DNA of 64,000 nucleotides. It comes from Obrimoposthia wandeli (taxonomy: Eukaryota). This document shows, one piece after another, positions 31,696-45,251 of this stretch. Every line of letters begins with the position of its first letter. The first letter of the stretch is position 1. The notes under the pieces were generated by a model, which did not search any database, had not been told where the DNA came from, and saw nothing but the letters and a program-made list of their open reading frames with translations. Location of the stretch: contig CDROCS010000933.1 in the NCBI GenBank assembly GCA_977020255.1, positions 1-64,000 on the forward strand. Direction: 5' to 3'. Both the position numbers and the translations under genes were made by a program.

Positions 31696-34584
31696 ATGCA
31701 TTATTTATTATCTTTACTCCTGCTCAGCGTTTTTAGTCTAAATATTACTTTTGCAAAAGCAGAAGGAATCGTCATCGATTCAGATTTTGAAGTTGGCCGT
31801 CTGGGCTTAACATCAAAATATTTTGAGGATAAAACCAATTCGTATACCTTTGATTATTTGTCACAGAGACAGTCTGCTATTCCCTGGGTTAACAGCCATC
31901 AAGCGCATTTTAACTTTGGGTTTTCGGACAGTGCGTTCTGGTTTAAAGGCGAGGTAGTTAATAAAGCGGGCGTTGAAAAATATCTCATTATCGATTTTGG
32001 TGATTCGCTACTCGATAGGATAGACCTGTATTTGATTCATGATGACGGTAGTTCAGTTGCAAAAAAGCTAGGTACTCGTCGTCAATACAACGATAACATG
32101 TCCAACTTAACATTTTCTACCGGATTTAAGATCGCTGCTGGCGAAACCGTGCATTACTTTATACGTGTTAAAACAAGTGCATTTTTACAAACACCATTAA
32201 AAATTTGGAACGCGAAAGATTTTATTGGTGAACAATCACAACATAAATTAATGGTTGGTATGTTTATCGGTCTATTCTTGATGATGATATGTTACTTGAC
32301 GTTTTTGTATATTCATCTTAAAGAAGCGCGACTGATCCAATACATCATCTTTATTATTTGTTATTTATTAGTTATATGGATAATAGAAGGTTTTGGATTT
32401 GTCTATAAAGTCGATTTTATAGCGCAATATTATGATTCGTTAATCGTGATGTTGATGGGGATTATTGGATTAAACCTCTGTTTATTTGCACGGCAACTGC
32501 TTAAATTAAGATACCGTGCTTGGTTTGCACTATCGACCAAAGCGTTAATTATCTGCTCCTTTATTGTCATGTTAAGTCCGTTATTATTCTCATTTAAAAT
32601 CGGTATTATATTAGTCTCTGCTTTAGCGTTGGGCATTACATTATTATCGATCGTATGCGGTTTATTTTTTATACGTGATGAATCTAGAAGTGTCCGCTTT
32701 TATGTACTGTCGTTGGTCTATTTTATACTTGGTATTGATTTACACATATTGACGCGATTCGGGTTGCTTAGCGAGTTTGAATTTGCAGATTATGTTTCAG
32801 CCTTTTCGGCATTAATCATACTGGTTTATTTATGCTGGAACTTCGCCAAACAAATGGCCCATGACAGAGTGGCTAAAAAAGACGTTGAGAAGCAAATAAC
32901 GTCGGTTAATGAGCGTTATTATAGTGTGTTTCAAAACGCGGCAGAAGGCATGTTTACCACATCAATCGACGGTAATATATTAGCCATTAATAAATCGATG
33001 TGTCGGATATTAGGTTTTATTAATCTTGAGGATATGAATAAATCGGGTCATTTCAAAGCCGATGAGTTTTACGCGGACCCAAACCTGCGAGACCAAATAA
33101 TCGAGAAGGTGCGTATTGAAGGCGAGGTTAATAGCATCGAGATGTCCGGACATGATCGCTATGGCGAAGTATTCCATGGTGAGATGAATATGCGCTTAAA
33201 TATTCAACCAGATATAACGGTTATTGATGGTTCATTTGTTAATACGACAAAGCGTAAACAGCATGAAATAAAACTTGAATCTATTGCTAAATATGATCAA
33301 CTAACAGGATTAGTCAATCGCACACACTTTGAGAATCTTGTGGGTGTGTCACTAGAAAGTAATCGTTCGGTACTCGAAGATAATATTTTATTGTATATGG
33401 ATCTCGATCAGTTCAAATTGGTTAACGATATATGTGGTCACGATGTCGGTGATTCATTACTGAAAAAGATTACCGTTGTTGTAAAATCATTTCTTGATGA
33501 TAACGCTATATTGGCGCGCCTTGGTGGTGATGAGTTTGGTATCCTGCTGAATCACACTAACTTTGATGATGCACTCGAAGTCGCAGATACTATCCGTTGT
33601 GGGATCGAAGATTTTAGGTTTACGCACAAGGGACGTCACTTTGTGCTGGGTGTTAGTATTGGTATAGTAACCCTTGATGAGTCAATTGAAAATTTTGCTC
33701 AAGCATTAAGCCTCGCTGATACCGCCTGTTTTACAGCAAAAGAGCAGGGACGTAACCGTGTTCATGTGTATAGTAAATGCAATGATGTCATGTTGGGTCA
33801 TCAACGTGAAATGCGTTGGATTGGTGTATTACGTGAAGCGTTAGACGCAGACCGTTTCGAACTCGCATTTCAAACGATCATGCCATTATCAACGGATATT
33901 AAAGAAGGTTATCGTTACGAAATACTGCTCCGTTTAAGAGATGAAGACGGTAATTTACAATTGCCAAGTGAATTTATTGCTGCCGCTGAAAACTATAATT
34001 TCATGACGCAGATAGACCGTTGGGTTGTTAAAAATTACTGTCAGTGGTTATCGTCTAATCCAACACACCTTGCCAACCTGAGTTCAGCGTCAATCAATTT
34101 ATGTGGTCAATCTTTAGTTGATAGAAGCATGCATACTTATATCGAAAATACGATAATAACGTATGGGATACCACCTGAAAAATTATGTTTTGAAATTACC
34201 GAAAGCCAGGCCATCATGGATTTTGATCAAACGATTTTGTTCATGAATAAATTTAAAGCATTAGGGTGTCGTTTTAGTTTGGATGATTTTGGTAGTGGTT
34301 TTTCTTCGTATAGTTACATTAAGCGATTGCCGATTGATCAACTTAAAATTGATGGCTCATTTGTCGAGAATATCGAAACAGATAACATTGATTATACTAT
34401 GGTTAAGTCATTTAATGACATCGCAAGGGCGGTTAATATCAAAACCGTTGCCGAGTATGTTGAAAATGAAAACATCAAAAATATACTATCAGGAATCGGC
34501 ATTGATTACGTGCAAGGCTATTTAATAGCCAAACCTCGACTTTTAGTCGATTTTGTTGATAATGAACAACTTGATTCAGCTTAA
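31696..34584 (+). CDS. 7TMR-DISM-7TM-PAS-GGDEF-EAL c-di-GMP enzyme
   Basis: Signal peptide, DISMED2-like FNFGFSDSAFWF, 7 hydrophobic helices, PAS, LGGDEF, YEILLR, CFEITES and DDFGSGFSS. Confidence 0.92.
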   Translation: MHYLLSLLLLSVFSLNITFAKAEGIVIDSDFEVGRLGLTSKYFEDKTNSYTFDYLSQRQSAIPWVNSHQAHFNFGFSDSAFWFKGEVVNKAGVEKYLIIDFGDSLLDRIDLYLIHDDGSSVAKKLGTRRQYNDNMSNLTFSTGFKIAAGETVHYFIRVKTSAFLQTPLKIWNAKDFIGEQSQHKLMVGMFIGLFLMMICYLTFLYIHLKEARLIQYIIFIICYLLVIWIIEGFGFVYKVDFIAQYYDSLIVMLMGIIGLNLCLFARQLLKLRYRAWFALSTKALIICSFIVMLSPLLFSFKIGIILVSALALGITLLSIVCGLFFIRDESRSVRFYVLSLVYFILGIDLHILTRFGLLSEFEFADYVSAFSALIILVYLCWNFAKQMAHDRVAKKDVEKQITSVNERYYSVFQNAAEGMFTTSIDGNILAINKSMCRILGFINLEDMNKSGHFKADEFYADPNLRDQIIEKVRIEGEVNSIEMSGHDRYGEVFHGEMNMRLNIQPDITVIDGSFVNTTKRKQHEIKLESIAKYDQLTGLVNRTHFENLVGVSLESNRSVLEDNILLYMDLDQFKLVNDICGHDVGDSLLKKITVVVKSFLDDNAILARLGGDEFGILLNHTNFDDALEVADTIRCGIEDFRFTHKGRHFVLGVSIGIVTLDESIENFAQALSLADTACFTAKEQGRNRVHVYSKCNDVMLGHQREMRWIGVLREALDADRFELAFQTIMPLSTDIKEGYRYEILLRLRDEDGNLQLPSEFIAAAENYNFMTQIDRWVVKNYCQWLSSNPTHLANLSSASINLCGQSLVDRSMHTYIENTIITYGIPPEKLCFEITESQAIMDFDQTILFMNKFKALGCRFSLDDFGSGFSSYSYIKRLPIDQLKIDGSFVENIETDNIDYTMVKSFNDIARAVNIKTVAEYVENENIKNILSGIGIDYVQGYLIAKPRLLVDFVDNEQLDSA

Positions 34585-34614
34585 GGACTAGCACTTCAGC
34601 TTAATTTTGAGTAA

Positions 34615-35658
<1,044 letters not shown>

Positions 35659-35672
35659 GATAGGACACTAAA

Positions 35673-38060
35673 ATGAAATTCAGTAATGAATGGTTACAAA
35701 CTTGGGTTAAACCAGGGCTAACAAATGAAGAGCTAGCGCATCAAATTACGATGGCTGGCCTTGAGGTAGACGGTATTGATGCCGTTGCTGGTGATTTCAC
35801 TGGTATCGTTGTAGGTCATGTTGTTGAATGTGGTCAGCATCCAGATGCAGATAAATTACAAGTAACTAAAATCGATATTGGTGCTGAAGAGTTAATCGAC
35901 ATCGTTTGTGGCGCTGCTAATTGCCGTGCAGGACTAAAAGTTGCTGTTGCAACTGTTGGTGCTGTATTACCAGGCGATTTCAAAATTAAAAAAGCAAAAC
36001 TACGTGGTCAACCATCATTCGGAATGCTTTGTTCTGAATCTGAAATGGGTATGGCTGAATCAGCAGAAGGTATCATTGAATTACCAGCTGATGCAGTACC
36101 GGGTACTTGTATCCGTGAGTTCCTTGGTCTTGACGATGTGACTATCGAAGTTGATTTGACGCCTAACCGCGCAGATTGCTTAAGCATTGCAGGTATTGCT
36201 CGTGAAGTGGGTGTATTAAATAACATCGCTGTAACGGCGCCTGAATGGACTAATGCAACAGAAACAAGTGCTGAAACGGTAAGTGTTACTGTTACTGCTA
36301 CTGAACAATGTCCGCGTTACCTTGGTCGTGTGATCAGTAACCTTGATATGACTGCGAAAACACCGCTATGGATGGTAGAACGTCTACGTCGTTGCGGCAC
36401 ACGCTCAATTGACCCTGTTGTTGACGTAACTAACTATGTATTGTTAGAACTTGGTCAACCAATGCATGCATTTGATCTTGCAACATTGACTGGTGCGATT
36501 AATGTTCGTCTTGCTAATCAAGATGAAAAATTAACGCTGCTTGACGGCAACGAAGTTAAGCTAAACGATAATACGCTTGTCATTGCTGATGACTCTGGCG
36601 CTATCGCAATGGCTGGTATCTTCGGTGGCGAAAAAACAGGTGTAACGGCTGCAACTAACTCTATCTTATTAGAGTCTGCATTCTTTAGCCCGCTCGCTAT
36701 TACTGGTCGCGCTCGTGCGTACGGCTTGCATACAGACTCTTCACATCGTTTCGAACGTGGTGTTGATTCTGAGCTGCAATACCAAGCGATGGAACGTGCA
36801 ACACAGTTGATCGTTGAAATTTGTGGTGGCGATGTAGCACCTGTTGTTGATGTAACAACTGAAGCTACTTTACCGACACACGCACCAATCAACTTACGTC
36901 GTCATCAATTAGATAAAGTAATTGGTTTCCACGTTGAAGATGCGAAAGTAACTGACATTTTAAACACATTAGGTCTAGCACCTACGTTTGAAAATGATAC
37001 TTGGACTGTGACGTCTCCATCATTCCGTTTCGACATCGAAGTTGAAGTTGATCTGATTGAAGAAGTTGCACGTGTATTTGGTTACAACAACATCCCAAAT
37101 GTTGCACCTGTTGCGCCATTGAAGATGACAGACCATAACGAAGCGACATTACCTGTTCGTCGTATTCGTGATTTAATGGTTGACCGTGGATTCCAAGAAG
37201 CAATTACATATAGCTTTGTAGATCCTAAACGTCAATTGTTATTACACCCTGAAGCAGACCACCTAACATTACCGCACCCAATTTCGATTGAGATGTCTGT
37301 AATGCGTGTAAGTATGTTTACAGGCTTGGTTGAAGCTGTTGTGGCTAACCAAAAACGTCAGCAACAACGTATTCGTTTGTTTGAAACGGGTCTTACTTTT
37401 ATCAAAGATGAATCAGTTGAAAACGGTGTACTGCAAGTGCCTATGCTTGGCGCCATTATTGCTGGTACAGCGAATGCTGAATCTTGGGCTCAAGAAAGTA
37501 AAGCTGTAGACTATTTCGACCTTAAAGGTGATTTAGATGCGTTATTAGACCAAACCTGTAATACCGATGAATTTGTGCTTAAACGTGCAAGTCACCCTGG
37601 TTTACACCCTGGTCAAAGCGCTGAAATTTTCAGTGGTGATCGCTCTATTGGTCATATTGGTGCTATCCATCCTTCGTTAGAAAAGAAGTTAGGCCTAAAT
37701 GGTTCAACGATTATTCTAGAGATTGAACTTGGCGCATTAACATCACGCAAGTTACCGCAAGCTGTTGAAGTTTCTAAGTTTCCTGCTAACCGTCGTGACA
37801 TCGCAATGATAGTTAAAGAAGACGTTAATGCTGGTGATGTACTTAACTTTATCAAAAAAGTTGGCGCGAATCAGTTAGTTGGCATAAACTTGTTTGATGT
37901 ATACCAAGGTACAGGTGTTGTAGAGGGTCATAAGAGCCTGGCAATCAGCTTAACCTTACAAGATATCTCACGCACCTTGGAAGAAAAAGAAATATCTGAA
38001 GCAGTAAGTAATATTGTGGAAGCTGTTTCATCTGAATTCAATGCATCCTTGAGGGATTAA
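35673..38060 (+). CDS. pheT: Phenylalanine--tRNA ligase beta subunit
   Basis: [30 protein letters not shown]-terminus. Confidence 0.98.
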   Translation: MKFSNEWLQTWVKPGLTNEELAHQITMAGLEVDGIDAVAGDFTGIVVGHVVECGQHPDADKLQVTKIDIGAEELIDIVCGAANCRAGLKVAVATVGAVLPGDFKIKKAKLRGQPSFGMLCSESEMGMAESAEGIIELPADAVPGTCIREFLGLDDVTIEVDLTPNRADCLSIAGIAREVGVLNNIAVTAPEWTNATETSAETVSVTVTATEQCPRYLGRVISNLDMTAKTPLWMVERLRRCGTRSIDPVVDVTNYVLLELGQPMHAFDLATLTGAINVRLANQDEKLTLLDGNEVKLNDNTLVIADDSGAIAMAGIFGGEKTGVTAATNSILLESAFFSPLAITGRARAYGLHTDSSHRFERGVDSELQYQAMERATQLIVEICGGDVAPVVDVTTEATLPTHAPINLRRHQLDKVIGFHVEDAKVTDILNTLGLAPTFENDTWTVTSPSFRFDIEVEVDLIEEVARVFGYNNIPNVAPVAPLKMTDHNEATLPVRRIRDLMVDRGFQEAITYSFVDPKRQLLLHPEADHLTLPHPISIEMSVMRVSMFTGLVEAVVANQKRQQQRIRLFETGLTFIKDESVENGVLQVPMLGAIIAGTANAESWAQESKAVDYFDLKGDLDALLDQTCNTDEFVLKRASHPGLHPGQSAEIFSGDRSIGHIGAIHPSLEKKLGLNGSTIILEIELGALTSRKLPQAVEVSKFPANRRDIAMIVKEDVNAGDVLNFIKKVGANQLVGINLFDVYQGTGVVEGHKSLAISLTLQDISRTLEEKEISEAVSNIVEAVSSEFNASLRD

Positions 38061-38063
38061 TTT

Positions 38064-38357
38064 ATGGCACTAACCAAAGCTGATATTGCAGAAACATTAT
38101 TTAACGATGTTGGTCTGAGTAAACGTGAATCGAAAGAAATGGTAGAAGCTTTCTTTGAAGAGATTCGTTTATCTTTAGAAGTTAACGAACAAGTTAAAAT
38201 ATCTGGTTTTGGTAATTTTGACCTACGTGATAAAGGGGAGCGACCTGGTCGTAATCCTAAAACAGGTGAAGATATACCAATTACAGCACGTCGCGTTGTG
38301 ACTTTTAAACCAGGTCAGAAATTGAAAGCGAAAGTAGAAACTATCGTAAAAGATTAA
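38064..38357 (+). CDS. ihfA: Integration host factor alpha
   Basis: [10 protein letters not shown]...[20 protein letters not shown]. Confidence 0.98.
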   Translation: MALTKADIAETLFNDVGLSKRESKEMVEAFFEEIRLSLEVNEQVKISGFGNFDLRDKGERPGRNPKTGEDIPITARRVVTFKPGQKLKAKVETIVKD

Positions 38358-38372
38358 CGTTTCACAGATAAT

Positions 38373-38399
38373 AAAAAACCGGCTAATGCCGGTTTTTTT
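38373..38399. terminator. Bidirectional terminator
   Basis: AAAAAACCGGC-TAAT-GCCGGTTTTTT. Confidence 0.85.
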
Positions 38400-38488
38400 A
38401 TGCCTGCTATAAAATAATCTTTATTGCATTGGCAGATATTTTCTACCCTACAACATAACGCTATGCAGTAGGGCAGGTGTTAGACGAA

Positions 38489-40048
38489 TTAACCGCCTAG
38501 TTTATCTGATGCAATATGATACTCAGGATCTTCAATTAAATTTACTTCAATCATGTCGCCTGCACGTTTCATTAATTGTTTACACTCTAATGAAAGGTGA
38601 CGAAGGTGTAATACTTTACCTGCCGCAACATAACGTTCAGCCAGTGTATCAATCGCTTCAATTGCGGAATGGTCACACACACGTGAGTTAGCAAAATCAA
38701 TGATCACATCTTGTGGATCTGCTGTAATCTCAAATAGGTCTAAGAAGTGACTAACTGAACCAAAGAATAGCGGACCGTTAACTTTATAGACTCTACTACC
38801 AGACTCTTCTATTGTTTTTTCAGCATTGATATGTGATGCATGTTCCCATGCAAAACGTAACGCAGAAACAATAACACCGATGATAACTGCAACCGCTAGA
38901 TCGGTGAACACAGTAACAACCGTCACAAGCACAATAACAAACGTATCTGCTTTCGGGATCTTGCGGATCACGCGGAAGGTTGCCCATTCAAATGTACCAA
39001 TCACAACCATGAACATAACACCTACAAGCGCTGCTAGTGGGATTACTTCAATAAGTGATGAAAGGAAGAGGATGAATAGTAATAATGAAATAGCGGCTGT
39101 AATACCTGACAAACGACCACGGCCACCTGAATTAATGTTGATCATTGATTGACCAATCATCGCACAACCACCCATAGCACCAAAGAAACCGTTTACGATG
39201 TTTGAAGCACCTTGTGCAACACATTCTTGGTTACCTTTACCACGTGTACCAGTCATTTCATCAATAACGGTTAATGTCAGTAGTGATTCAATAAGACCAA
39301 CAGCTGCAAGGATTAATGAATAAGGTAGGATGATATAGAGAGTTTCAAGCGTAAATGGCACACTTGGAATACTGAATGATGGTAGCGAACCTGAGATCGT
39401 TGCGTTGTCATCACCTGTCATCGAGCGCACAAAATCAACAACCGTACGTGTATCTAGCCCCATGTAATAAACAATGAGCGTCACTGCTACGATAGCAACC
39501 AGTGAAGATGGTACGGCTTTTGTTAACTTAGGTAGGAAGTGAATGATAGCCATTGTAAGCGCAACAAGACCTAACATGAGATACAACTGTGAGCCTTGTA
39601 ACCAAGTCAGGTCACCGTTAGCGTCAATGAACTTAAATTGACCTAATTGTGCCAAGAAGATAACAATTGCAAGGCCGTTTACAAAACCCATCATAACTGG
39701 ATGGGGAACGATACGAATGAACTTACCGAGTTTGAATACGCCTGCGAGTACTTGCAGTAAACCGGCAAGTACAACGGCAGCAAATAAGTATTGCACACCA
39801 TTCTCTGCGACGAGTGAGACCATCACAACAGCCATTGCACCTGTTGCACCAGAGATCATACCTGGGCGACCACCAAAGATAGCGGTAATTAAACCAACCA
39901 TAAAGGCAGCATACAAGCCTACTAAAGGCTCTACACCAGCTACAAAAGCAAATGCAACCGCTTCAGGCACGAGTGCCAGTGCAACGGTTAAACCAGATAA
40001 AACATCATTTTTAACTGATGCCATGGAGTATTTTGGAAATTCAAACAT
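38489..40048 (-). CDS. SulP family inorganic anion transporter with STAS domain
   Basis: [39 protein letters not shown]-terminal STAS ([15 protein letters not shown]). Confidence 0.93.
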   Translation of the reverse strand: MFEFPKYSMASVKNDVLSGLTVALALVPEAVAFAFVAGVEPLVGLYAAFMVGLITAIFGGRPGMISGATGAMAVVMVSLVAENGVQYLFAAVVLAGLLQVLAGVFKLGKFIRIVPHPVMMGFVNGLAIVIFLAQLGQFKFIDANGDLTWLQGSQLYLMLGLVALTMAIIHFLPKLTKAVPSSLVAIVAVTLIVYYMGLDTRTVVDFVRSMTGDDNATISGSLPSFSIPSVPFTLETLYIILPYSLILAAVGLIESLLTLTVIDEMTGTRGKGNQECVAQGASNIVNGFFGAMGGCAMIGQSMININSGGRGRLSGITAAISLLLFILFLSSLIEVIPLAALVGVMFMVVIGTFEWATFRVIRKIPKADTFVIVLVTVVTVFTDLAVAVIIGVIVSALRFAWEHASHINAEKTIEESGSRVYKVNGPLFFGSVSHFLDLFEITADPQDVIIDFANSRVCDHSAIEAIDTLAERYVAAGKVLHLRHLSLECKQLMKRAGDMIEVNLIEDPEYHIASDKLGG

Positions 40049-40158
40049 AAATTATAAGTTACCGAGTTGTCATTAATGAATAAAATATAAAAGGATCATG
40101 CAGAGTTGACATGATCCTTTATTAAAAAATAGAAAGTAAAAGTATTTAAACAAGTACT

Positions 40159-40185
40159 AAAAAAGCCGCATAATATGCGGCTTTT
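40159..40185 (-). terminator. Terminator downstream of rne
   Basis: AAAAGCCGCA-TAATA-TGCGGCTTTT with the A run giving a U tract on the minus strand. Confidence 0.75.
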
Positions 40186-40203
40186 AAATTTAGCTAATCG
40201 TTA

Positions 40204-43200
40204 TTATTTAGCTAATGTAGTAGGTGATTTGCTCGCTGACGAAGCAAATTGACTACCACCAGGTCCAGCCGCCACATCAACCGATGGACGTTGAACAACA
40301 CCAACTTTAGCAACAAAGTTACTTGTTGATGGTGCAACCTGTTGAGGTTTTGCCATTGCAACGGTGAAGTTGGTTTTCTTAGACGTTGTACCTTGTGCTT
40401 GTAGTGCAGCAACAGGTGTTACGTCGATAGCTTTATAAGCAACAGGCGCTTCAGTAACTACAGGTGTTTCAGCAACAACCGGTGTTTCAACAACAACTGG
40501 TGTTTCAGCAACAACTGGTGTTTCAGCAACAACTGGCGTTTCAGCAACAACTGGCGTTTCAACAACAACTGGCGTTTCGACAACAACTGGCGTTTCAACA
40601 ACAACTGGCGTTTCGACAACAACTGGCGTTTCAGCAACAACTGGCGTTTCAGCAACAACTGGCGTTTCAGCAACAACTGGCGTTTCAACAACAACTGGCG
40701 TTTCAACAACAACTGGCGTTTCAACAACAACCGGAGTTTCAACAACTGGCGTGTCAGCAACGACTGGTGTTTCAACAACAACAGGCGCAGCACCTGGGCG
40801 TGTTGCCGGTGCCGTATGCATTTGGCGTGTTACAGATTTAGTTTCAATCTTTACACGTTCAGCAGATGCTTTAGCCGTTGGCGCTACTACGACTGTAGTA
40901 TCTTCAACTACCGGTGCTGGTTTGGCAGCAGCAGCTGTATGCATAACAGGTTTAGCTGCTTTAGCCGTAACAGGTTTAGCTCTTTCAGCAGTAACTGGTT
41001 TTGTTACTTCAGTAGTAACAGGCTTAGCTACTTCAGCGGTAACTGGTTTAGTTGCTTCTGCAGTAACAGGTCGCGCTGCTACAGCTGTAACCGGTTTAGC
41101 TCTTTCAGCAGTCACAGGCTTAGTTGCTTCAGCAGTAACAGGCTTAGTTACTTCAGCAGTAACCGGCTTAGTTACTTCAGCAGTAACCGGTTTAGTTACT
41201 TCAGCAGTAACCGGTTTAGTTACTTCAGCAGTAACAGGCTTAGTTACTTCAGCAGTAACAGGCTTAGTTACTTCAGCAGTAACAGGCTTAGTTACTTCAG
41301 CAGTAACAGGCTTAGTTACTTCAGCAGTAACAGGCTTAGCTACTTCAGCAATAACAGGATTAGCTGTTTCTTCTTGAGATTGTTCCGTTTTCTGAACATC
41401 AGTCGGCTTAGCATGTCGAGGGCTACGACGAGTACGCTTAGCAGATTGTGTATTTTCATCATGCTTAGGCTTATCCGAAATTTCAGCTATTACAGGCGTT
41501 TGTTCTAACTCTGTTGTTGCTTGCTCTTCGGTGTTATGCACGCGTACTTTTTTACGCATAGTACGGCGTTGACGACGTTCAGTTAAAACAGCTTGATGTT
41601 GTGGGCTGCTTTCTTCTTTAACTTCCGTATTTATAGCCGGCGCTGTTGGACGCGTTTGACTTGGCTTTACGTCTTTTGCTTCGAACTTAGTATGTTGCTT
41701 AACTTCAACTTCGACTTCGACTTTTTTATTCGTGTCTTGTTGTTTGTTCTCAACATTTTCTGGATTACGAGGCTTACGATTACGACGATTACGTGGTTTA
41801 CGTGGTTCGTCGTTATTACGGTTACTCGGTGTTTTATCTGTTACTGGCTTTTTAGGCACTTCTTTAACAGGTTGTTTTACAGTTTCTTTAACAACAACTT
41901 TTTCTTCGCTAGCAAAGAATCCTGTAATGGCTTTACCAAGACGACTAAATACTGACTCTTTATCTGCAACAGGCTTCGCTGACTTAGCTTGGGCTGGTGC
42001 TTGAGGTTTTGTATTTGGTGTTGTTTTTTGAACAACTGGACTTGGTTTAACCGTTTTTGCTTCAGGCGTATTCATTTGCTGTACAAGCGGCTGAACTGTT
42101 TCGGTATTTACCTTTGGTTCATAACGGATAAATTCGCGAGGTTGTGCTAGGTCTGTACTTGCTAAGTCAGAGTTATCATCATCCGCTTTAACACGAGAAA
42201 CTTCAAAATGAGGTGTCTGTAGATTTTCATTTGGAATGATGAAGCTTTTAACTTTATAACGTTTTTCTAAACGAAGAATTGAATTACGTTTTTCATTTAG
42301 TAAGTAAGCAGCAACAGGTACTGGTACTTGCGCTACAATGTGATTGGTATTTTCTTTAAGCGATTCTTCTTCGATTAAGCGAAGAATAGAAAGTGCTAAA
42401 GACTCATTATCACGGATTGTACCTTGGCCATCACAGCGTGGGCAAACATGCGTGCTTGATTCACCAAGAGAAGGGCGGATACGTTGACGAGACATTTCCA
42501 TTAAACCAAATCGAGAGATACGGCCTAATTGAATACGTGCACGATCTTGACGTACCGCATCGCGTAAGCAGTTTTCTACTTCACGTTGGTTCTTAACTGG
42601 ACCCATATCGATGAAGTCGATAACAACAAGACCACCAAGGTCACGAAGACGTAGTTGGCGAGCAACTTCATCTGCGGCTTCCATGTTAGTCGTCAGTGCT
42701 GTCTCTTCAATATCACCACCACGTGTAGCACGGGCAGAGTTAATATCAATTGACGTTAAGGCTTCTGTTGGATCAATAACGATTGAACCACCTGAAGGTA
42801 AGCGAACTTCGCGTTGGAACGCTGATTCGATTTGAGTTTCAATTTGGTAATGATTGAATAAAGGCACGTCACCTTGATACAATTTAATACGGTCGATAAA
42901 GTCGGGGCGTATTAATTTGATGCGGCTCTTTGCTTCTTCAAATGCTTTTGGATGATCGATCAGTATTTCGCCAATGTCACGACGAAGATAATCACGGATC
43001 GCACGCGCAATCACATTACTTTCTTGATGAATTAAGAAGGTACCTTGACGGTCTTTAGCACTCTCTTGGATTGCTCCCCAATGATTTAAAAGTACTTTAA
43101 GATCCCACTCTAACTCTTCAGCAGATTTACCAACACCAGCAGTACGAACAATCAGTCCCATGCCTTCAGGTAATTCTAAGGTAGAAAGTGCAGATTTTAA

Positions 43201-43653
43201 TTCAGTGCGTTCATCACCTTCAATGCGACGAGAAATACCGCCAGCGCGAGGGTTGTTTGGCATAAGAACAAGATAACTACCCGCTAAACTGACGAATGTA
43301 GTTAATGCTGCACCTTTATTGCCACGTTCTTCTTTTTCAATCTGTACAATAACTTCAGTACCTTCAGCAACAACATCCTTAATACTTGGACGTCCACGTT
43401 GCTTACCAGAACCTGGTTTGAAGTAAGTGCGAGAGATTTCTTTAAGAGGAAGGAAACCGTGACGGTCTGCACCATAATCAACAAAAGCAGCTTCTAAACT
43501 TGGTTCTACACGAGTAATTTTACCTTTGTAGATGTTCGCTTTCTTTTGTTCGTGACCTGGGCTTTCAATATCTAAATCGTAAAGGCGTTGTCCATCTACT
43601 AGCGCAACGCGCAACTCTTCTTTTTGAGTTGCATTAATTAACATTCTTTTCAT
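40204..43653 (-). CDS. rne: Ribonuclease E
   Basis: [25 protein letters not shown]1 domain, DINSAR, DFIDM, CPRCDG; membrane-targeting helix [14 protein letters not shown]; long disordered C-terminal half. Confidence 0.98.
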   Translation of the reverse strand: MKRMLINATQKEELRVALVDGQRLYDLDIESPGHEQKKANIYKGKITRVEPSLEAAFVDYGADRHGFLPLKEISRTYFKPGSGKQRGRPSIKDVVAEGTEVIVQIEKEERGNKGAALTTFVSLAGSYLVLMPNNPRAGGISRRIEGDERTELKSALSTLELPEGMGLIVRTAGVGKSAEELEWDLKVLLNHWGAIQESAKDRQGTFLIHQESNVIARAIRDYLRRDIGEILIDHPKAFEEAKSRIKLIRPDFIDRIKLYQGDVPLFNHYQIETQIESAFQREVRLPSGGSIVIDPTEALTSIDINSARATRGGDIEETALTTNMEAADEVARQLRLRDLGGLVVIDFIDMGPVKNQREVENCLRDAVRQDRARIQLGRISRFGLMEMSRQRIRPSLGESSTHVCPRCDGQGTIRDNESLALSILRLIEEESLKENTNHIVAQVPVPVAAYLLNEKRNSILRLEKRYKVKSFIIPNENLQTPHFEVSRVKADDDNSDLASTDLAQPREFIRYEPKVNTETVQPLVQQMNTPEAKTVKPSPVVQKTTPNTKPQAPAQAKSAKPVADKESVFSRLGKAITGFFASEEKVVVKETVKQPVKEVPKKPVTDKTPSNRNNDEPRKPRNRRNRKPRNPENVENKQQDTNKKVEVEVEVKQHTKFEAKDVKPSQTRPTAPAINTEVKEESSPQHQAVLTERRQRRTMRKKVRVHNTEEQATTELEQTPVIAEISDKPKHDENTQSAKRTRRSPRHAKPTDVQKTEQSQEETANPVIAEVAKPVTAEVTKPVTAEVTKPVTAEVTKPVTAEVTKPVTAEVTKPVTAEVTKPVTAEVTKPVTAEVTKPVTAEATKPVTAERAKPVTAVAARPVTAEATKPVTAEVAKPVTTEVTKPVTAERAKPVTAKAAKPVMHTAAAAKPAPVVEDTTVVVAPTAKASAERVKIETKSVTRQMHTAPATRPGAAPVVVETPVVADTPVVETPVVVETPVVVETPVVVETPVVAETPVVAETPVVAETPVVVETPVVVETPVVVETPVVVETPVVAETPVVAETPVVAETPVVVETPVVAETPVVTEAPVAYKAIDVTPVAALQAQGTTSKKTNFTVAMAKPQQVAPSTSNFVAKVGVVQRPSVDVAAGPGGSQFASSASKSPTTLAK
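40455..40785 (-). repeat. 18-bp coding tandem repeat (ETPVV[V/A]) x ~17 in rne
   Basis: Unit TTTCA(A/G)CAACAACTGGCG repeated on the plus strand. Confidence 0.95.
40951..41358 (-). repeat. 24-bp coding tandem repeat (PVTAEVTK-like) x 17 in rne
   Basis: Unit CTTAGTTACTTCAGCAGTAACAGG; 8 consecutive units encode exactly PVTAEVTK. Confidence 0.95.
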
Positions 43654-43722
43654 TTTTTTTATTCTTATAAATTAATTTTCATGCTTGGATAAATTAGTTA
43701 GATGTACATCAGGCCTTGTGTC

Positions 43723-43797
43723 TGTAAGATAATCAACCTCTCGGTTGTTTAAATTAAGGCGCTGTCAGATGCTCTAAATGTGATCAAGTGTCTTACG
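43723..43797 (-). promoter_or_regulatory. Possible rne 5' UTR stem-loop (autoregulatory hp2-like)
   Basis: Long-range TGTAAGA/TCTTACG pairing enclosing CAACC-TCTC-GGTTG, 70-145 nt upstream of the rne start; function assumed by analogy with E. coli. Confidence 0.4.
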
Positions 43798-44194
43798 ATT
43801 ATTTCTGCACTTATTAGATTCCATCAATAACTAACGTGTATAATTGCATTCGAAAAGGTGATTTATATAGAAGTTGATATGTGGGAGGCGGTATCCTGCT
43901 GGATAAATGAAACTCCCTATCAACGTTCACCTTATATACAAAATGTATGCTAAAAACCCGCAGCAAGAATAACGACATCCTGGTTATTCTGTAAATATTA
44001 ATATAAATAAATGATTATTTACATCAATAGCAGATATACTAAAGCCATTATCACTCTTGGCTGTATTTTTTTAGCAGTACAGAGGGTATTATCCCACTGC
44101 CTGTATTAATATAGCAAGTTAACTTTCCATTCAATTTAGAAATAAGTTTCAAATTGATACCTAAACGCATTTTGAGTTAGACAATAAAAAAATT

Positions 44195-45148
44195 ATGACC
44201 GATAAAATTTCACCTAAAGTAGAATATGTAACTATTACTGAAGATTATCAAGGCCAACGCATTGATAACTTTTTACGCACCAAATTAAAAGGTGTGCCAA
44301 AAAGTATGATTTACCGCATCATACGTAAAGGTGAGGTGAGAGTTAACAAAGGAAGAATCAAACCTGAGTATAAATTGCAGCCAAATGATATTGTACGTGT
44401 ACCGCCAGTACGTGTTTCTGAAACTGAAGCTATTTCACCATCAGCGAATTTAGATTCTGTGCGTGCGCTCGAAACACAAATTATTTATGAAGATAATTAC
44501 CTCATTGTTATTAACAAGCCATCTGGTATGGCTGTGCACGGCGGCAGTGGATTAAGCTTTGGTCTTATTGAAGGATTACGTGCGATCCGTCCTGATAGTA
44601 AATTCTTAGAACTTGTACACCGTTTAGATCGTGATACGTCAGGTTGTTTACTCGTGGCGAAGAAACGCAGCACGCTGAAAGCGTTACATGAGCAACTGCG
44701 TTTAAAAACAATGCGAAAAGATTATCAAGCACTTGTTGCTGGTGCATGGCCACGCAGTTCTCGAATTGTAAATGCACCACTATTAAAGAATACTGTAAGC
44801 TCAGGTGAACGCCTTGTACGTGTTGACAGCGAAGGTAAGGAATCTCAAACTCGTTTCAGCATCCTACAGCGTTATGAACATGGCACGCTAGTGCAAGCAA
44901 GTCCTATTACAGGTCGTACGCATCAGATCCGTGTTCACGCATTACATGCGGGTCATCCGATTGCCTGTGATGATAAATATGGCGACAAAGGCTTTACGCA
45001 ACACATGAATGGTCTAGGCTTGAAGCGCTTGTTCTTGCATGCGGCACGCTTACAGTTCTTTAACCCTGGTACAGAAGAAACACAAGAAGTTGAAGCGCCG
45101 TTAGATATGGCGCTTGTTAGAGCATTGGAAAAAATGAAGAAATGCTAA
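44195..45148 (+). CDS. rluC: 23S rRNA pseudouridine(955/2504/2580) synthase
   Basis: S4 domain GQRIDNFL, HRLDRDTSG, TGRTHQIRVH; divergent from rne. Confidence 0.95.
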   Translation: MTDKISPKVEYVTITEDYQGQRIDNFLRTKLKGVPKSMIYRIIRKGEVRVNKGRIKPEYKLQPNDIVRVPPVRVSETEAISPSANLDSVRALETQIIYEDNYLIVINKPSGMAVHGGSGLSFGLIEGLRAIRPDSKFLELVHRLDRDTSGCLLVAKKRSTLKALHEQLRLKTMRKDYQALVAGAWPRSSRIVNAPLLKNTVSSGERLVRVDSEGKESQTRFSILQRYEHGTLVQASPITGRTHQIRVHALHAGHPIACDDKYGDKGFTQHMNGLGLKRLFLHAARLQFFNPGTEETQEVEAPLDMALVRALEKMKKC

Positions 45149-45200
45149 AACGATTGACCATTAAGGTTAATCCTATTTTCTAATTGATTTCAATTAGCTT

Positions 45201-45232
45201 AAAAGCCAGCATTCAACATGCTGGCTTTTTTT
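45201..45232. terminator. Bidirectional terminator
   Basis: AAAAGCCAGCAT-TCAAC-ATGCTGGCTTTTTTT. Confidence 0.8.
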
Positions 45233-45251
45233 ATCCAAAAACCGACTTTTT

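Noticed and set aside
40455-41358. rne repeats as a CRISPR array; long alternative-frame ORFs (40464-40841, 40751-41377, 40816-41508)
   Set aside because: Repeats are contiguous with no unique spacers, in frame within rne, and no cas genes are present. The alternative ORFs are by-products of stop-free repeats.
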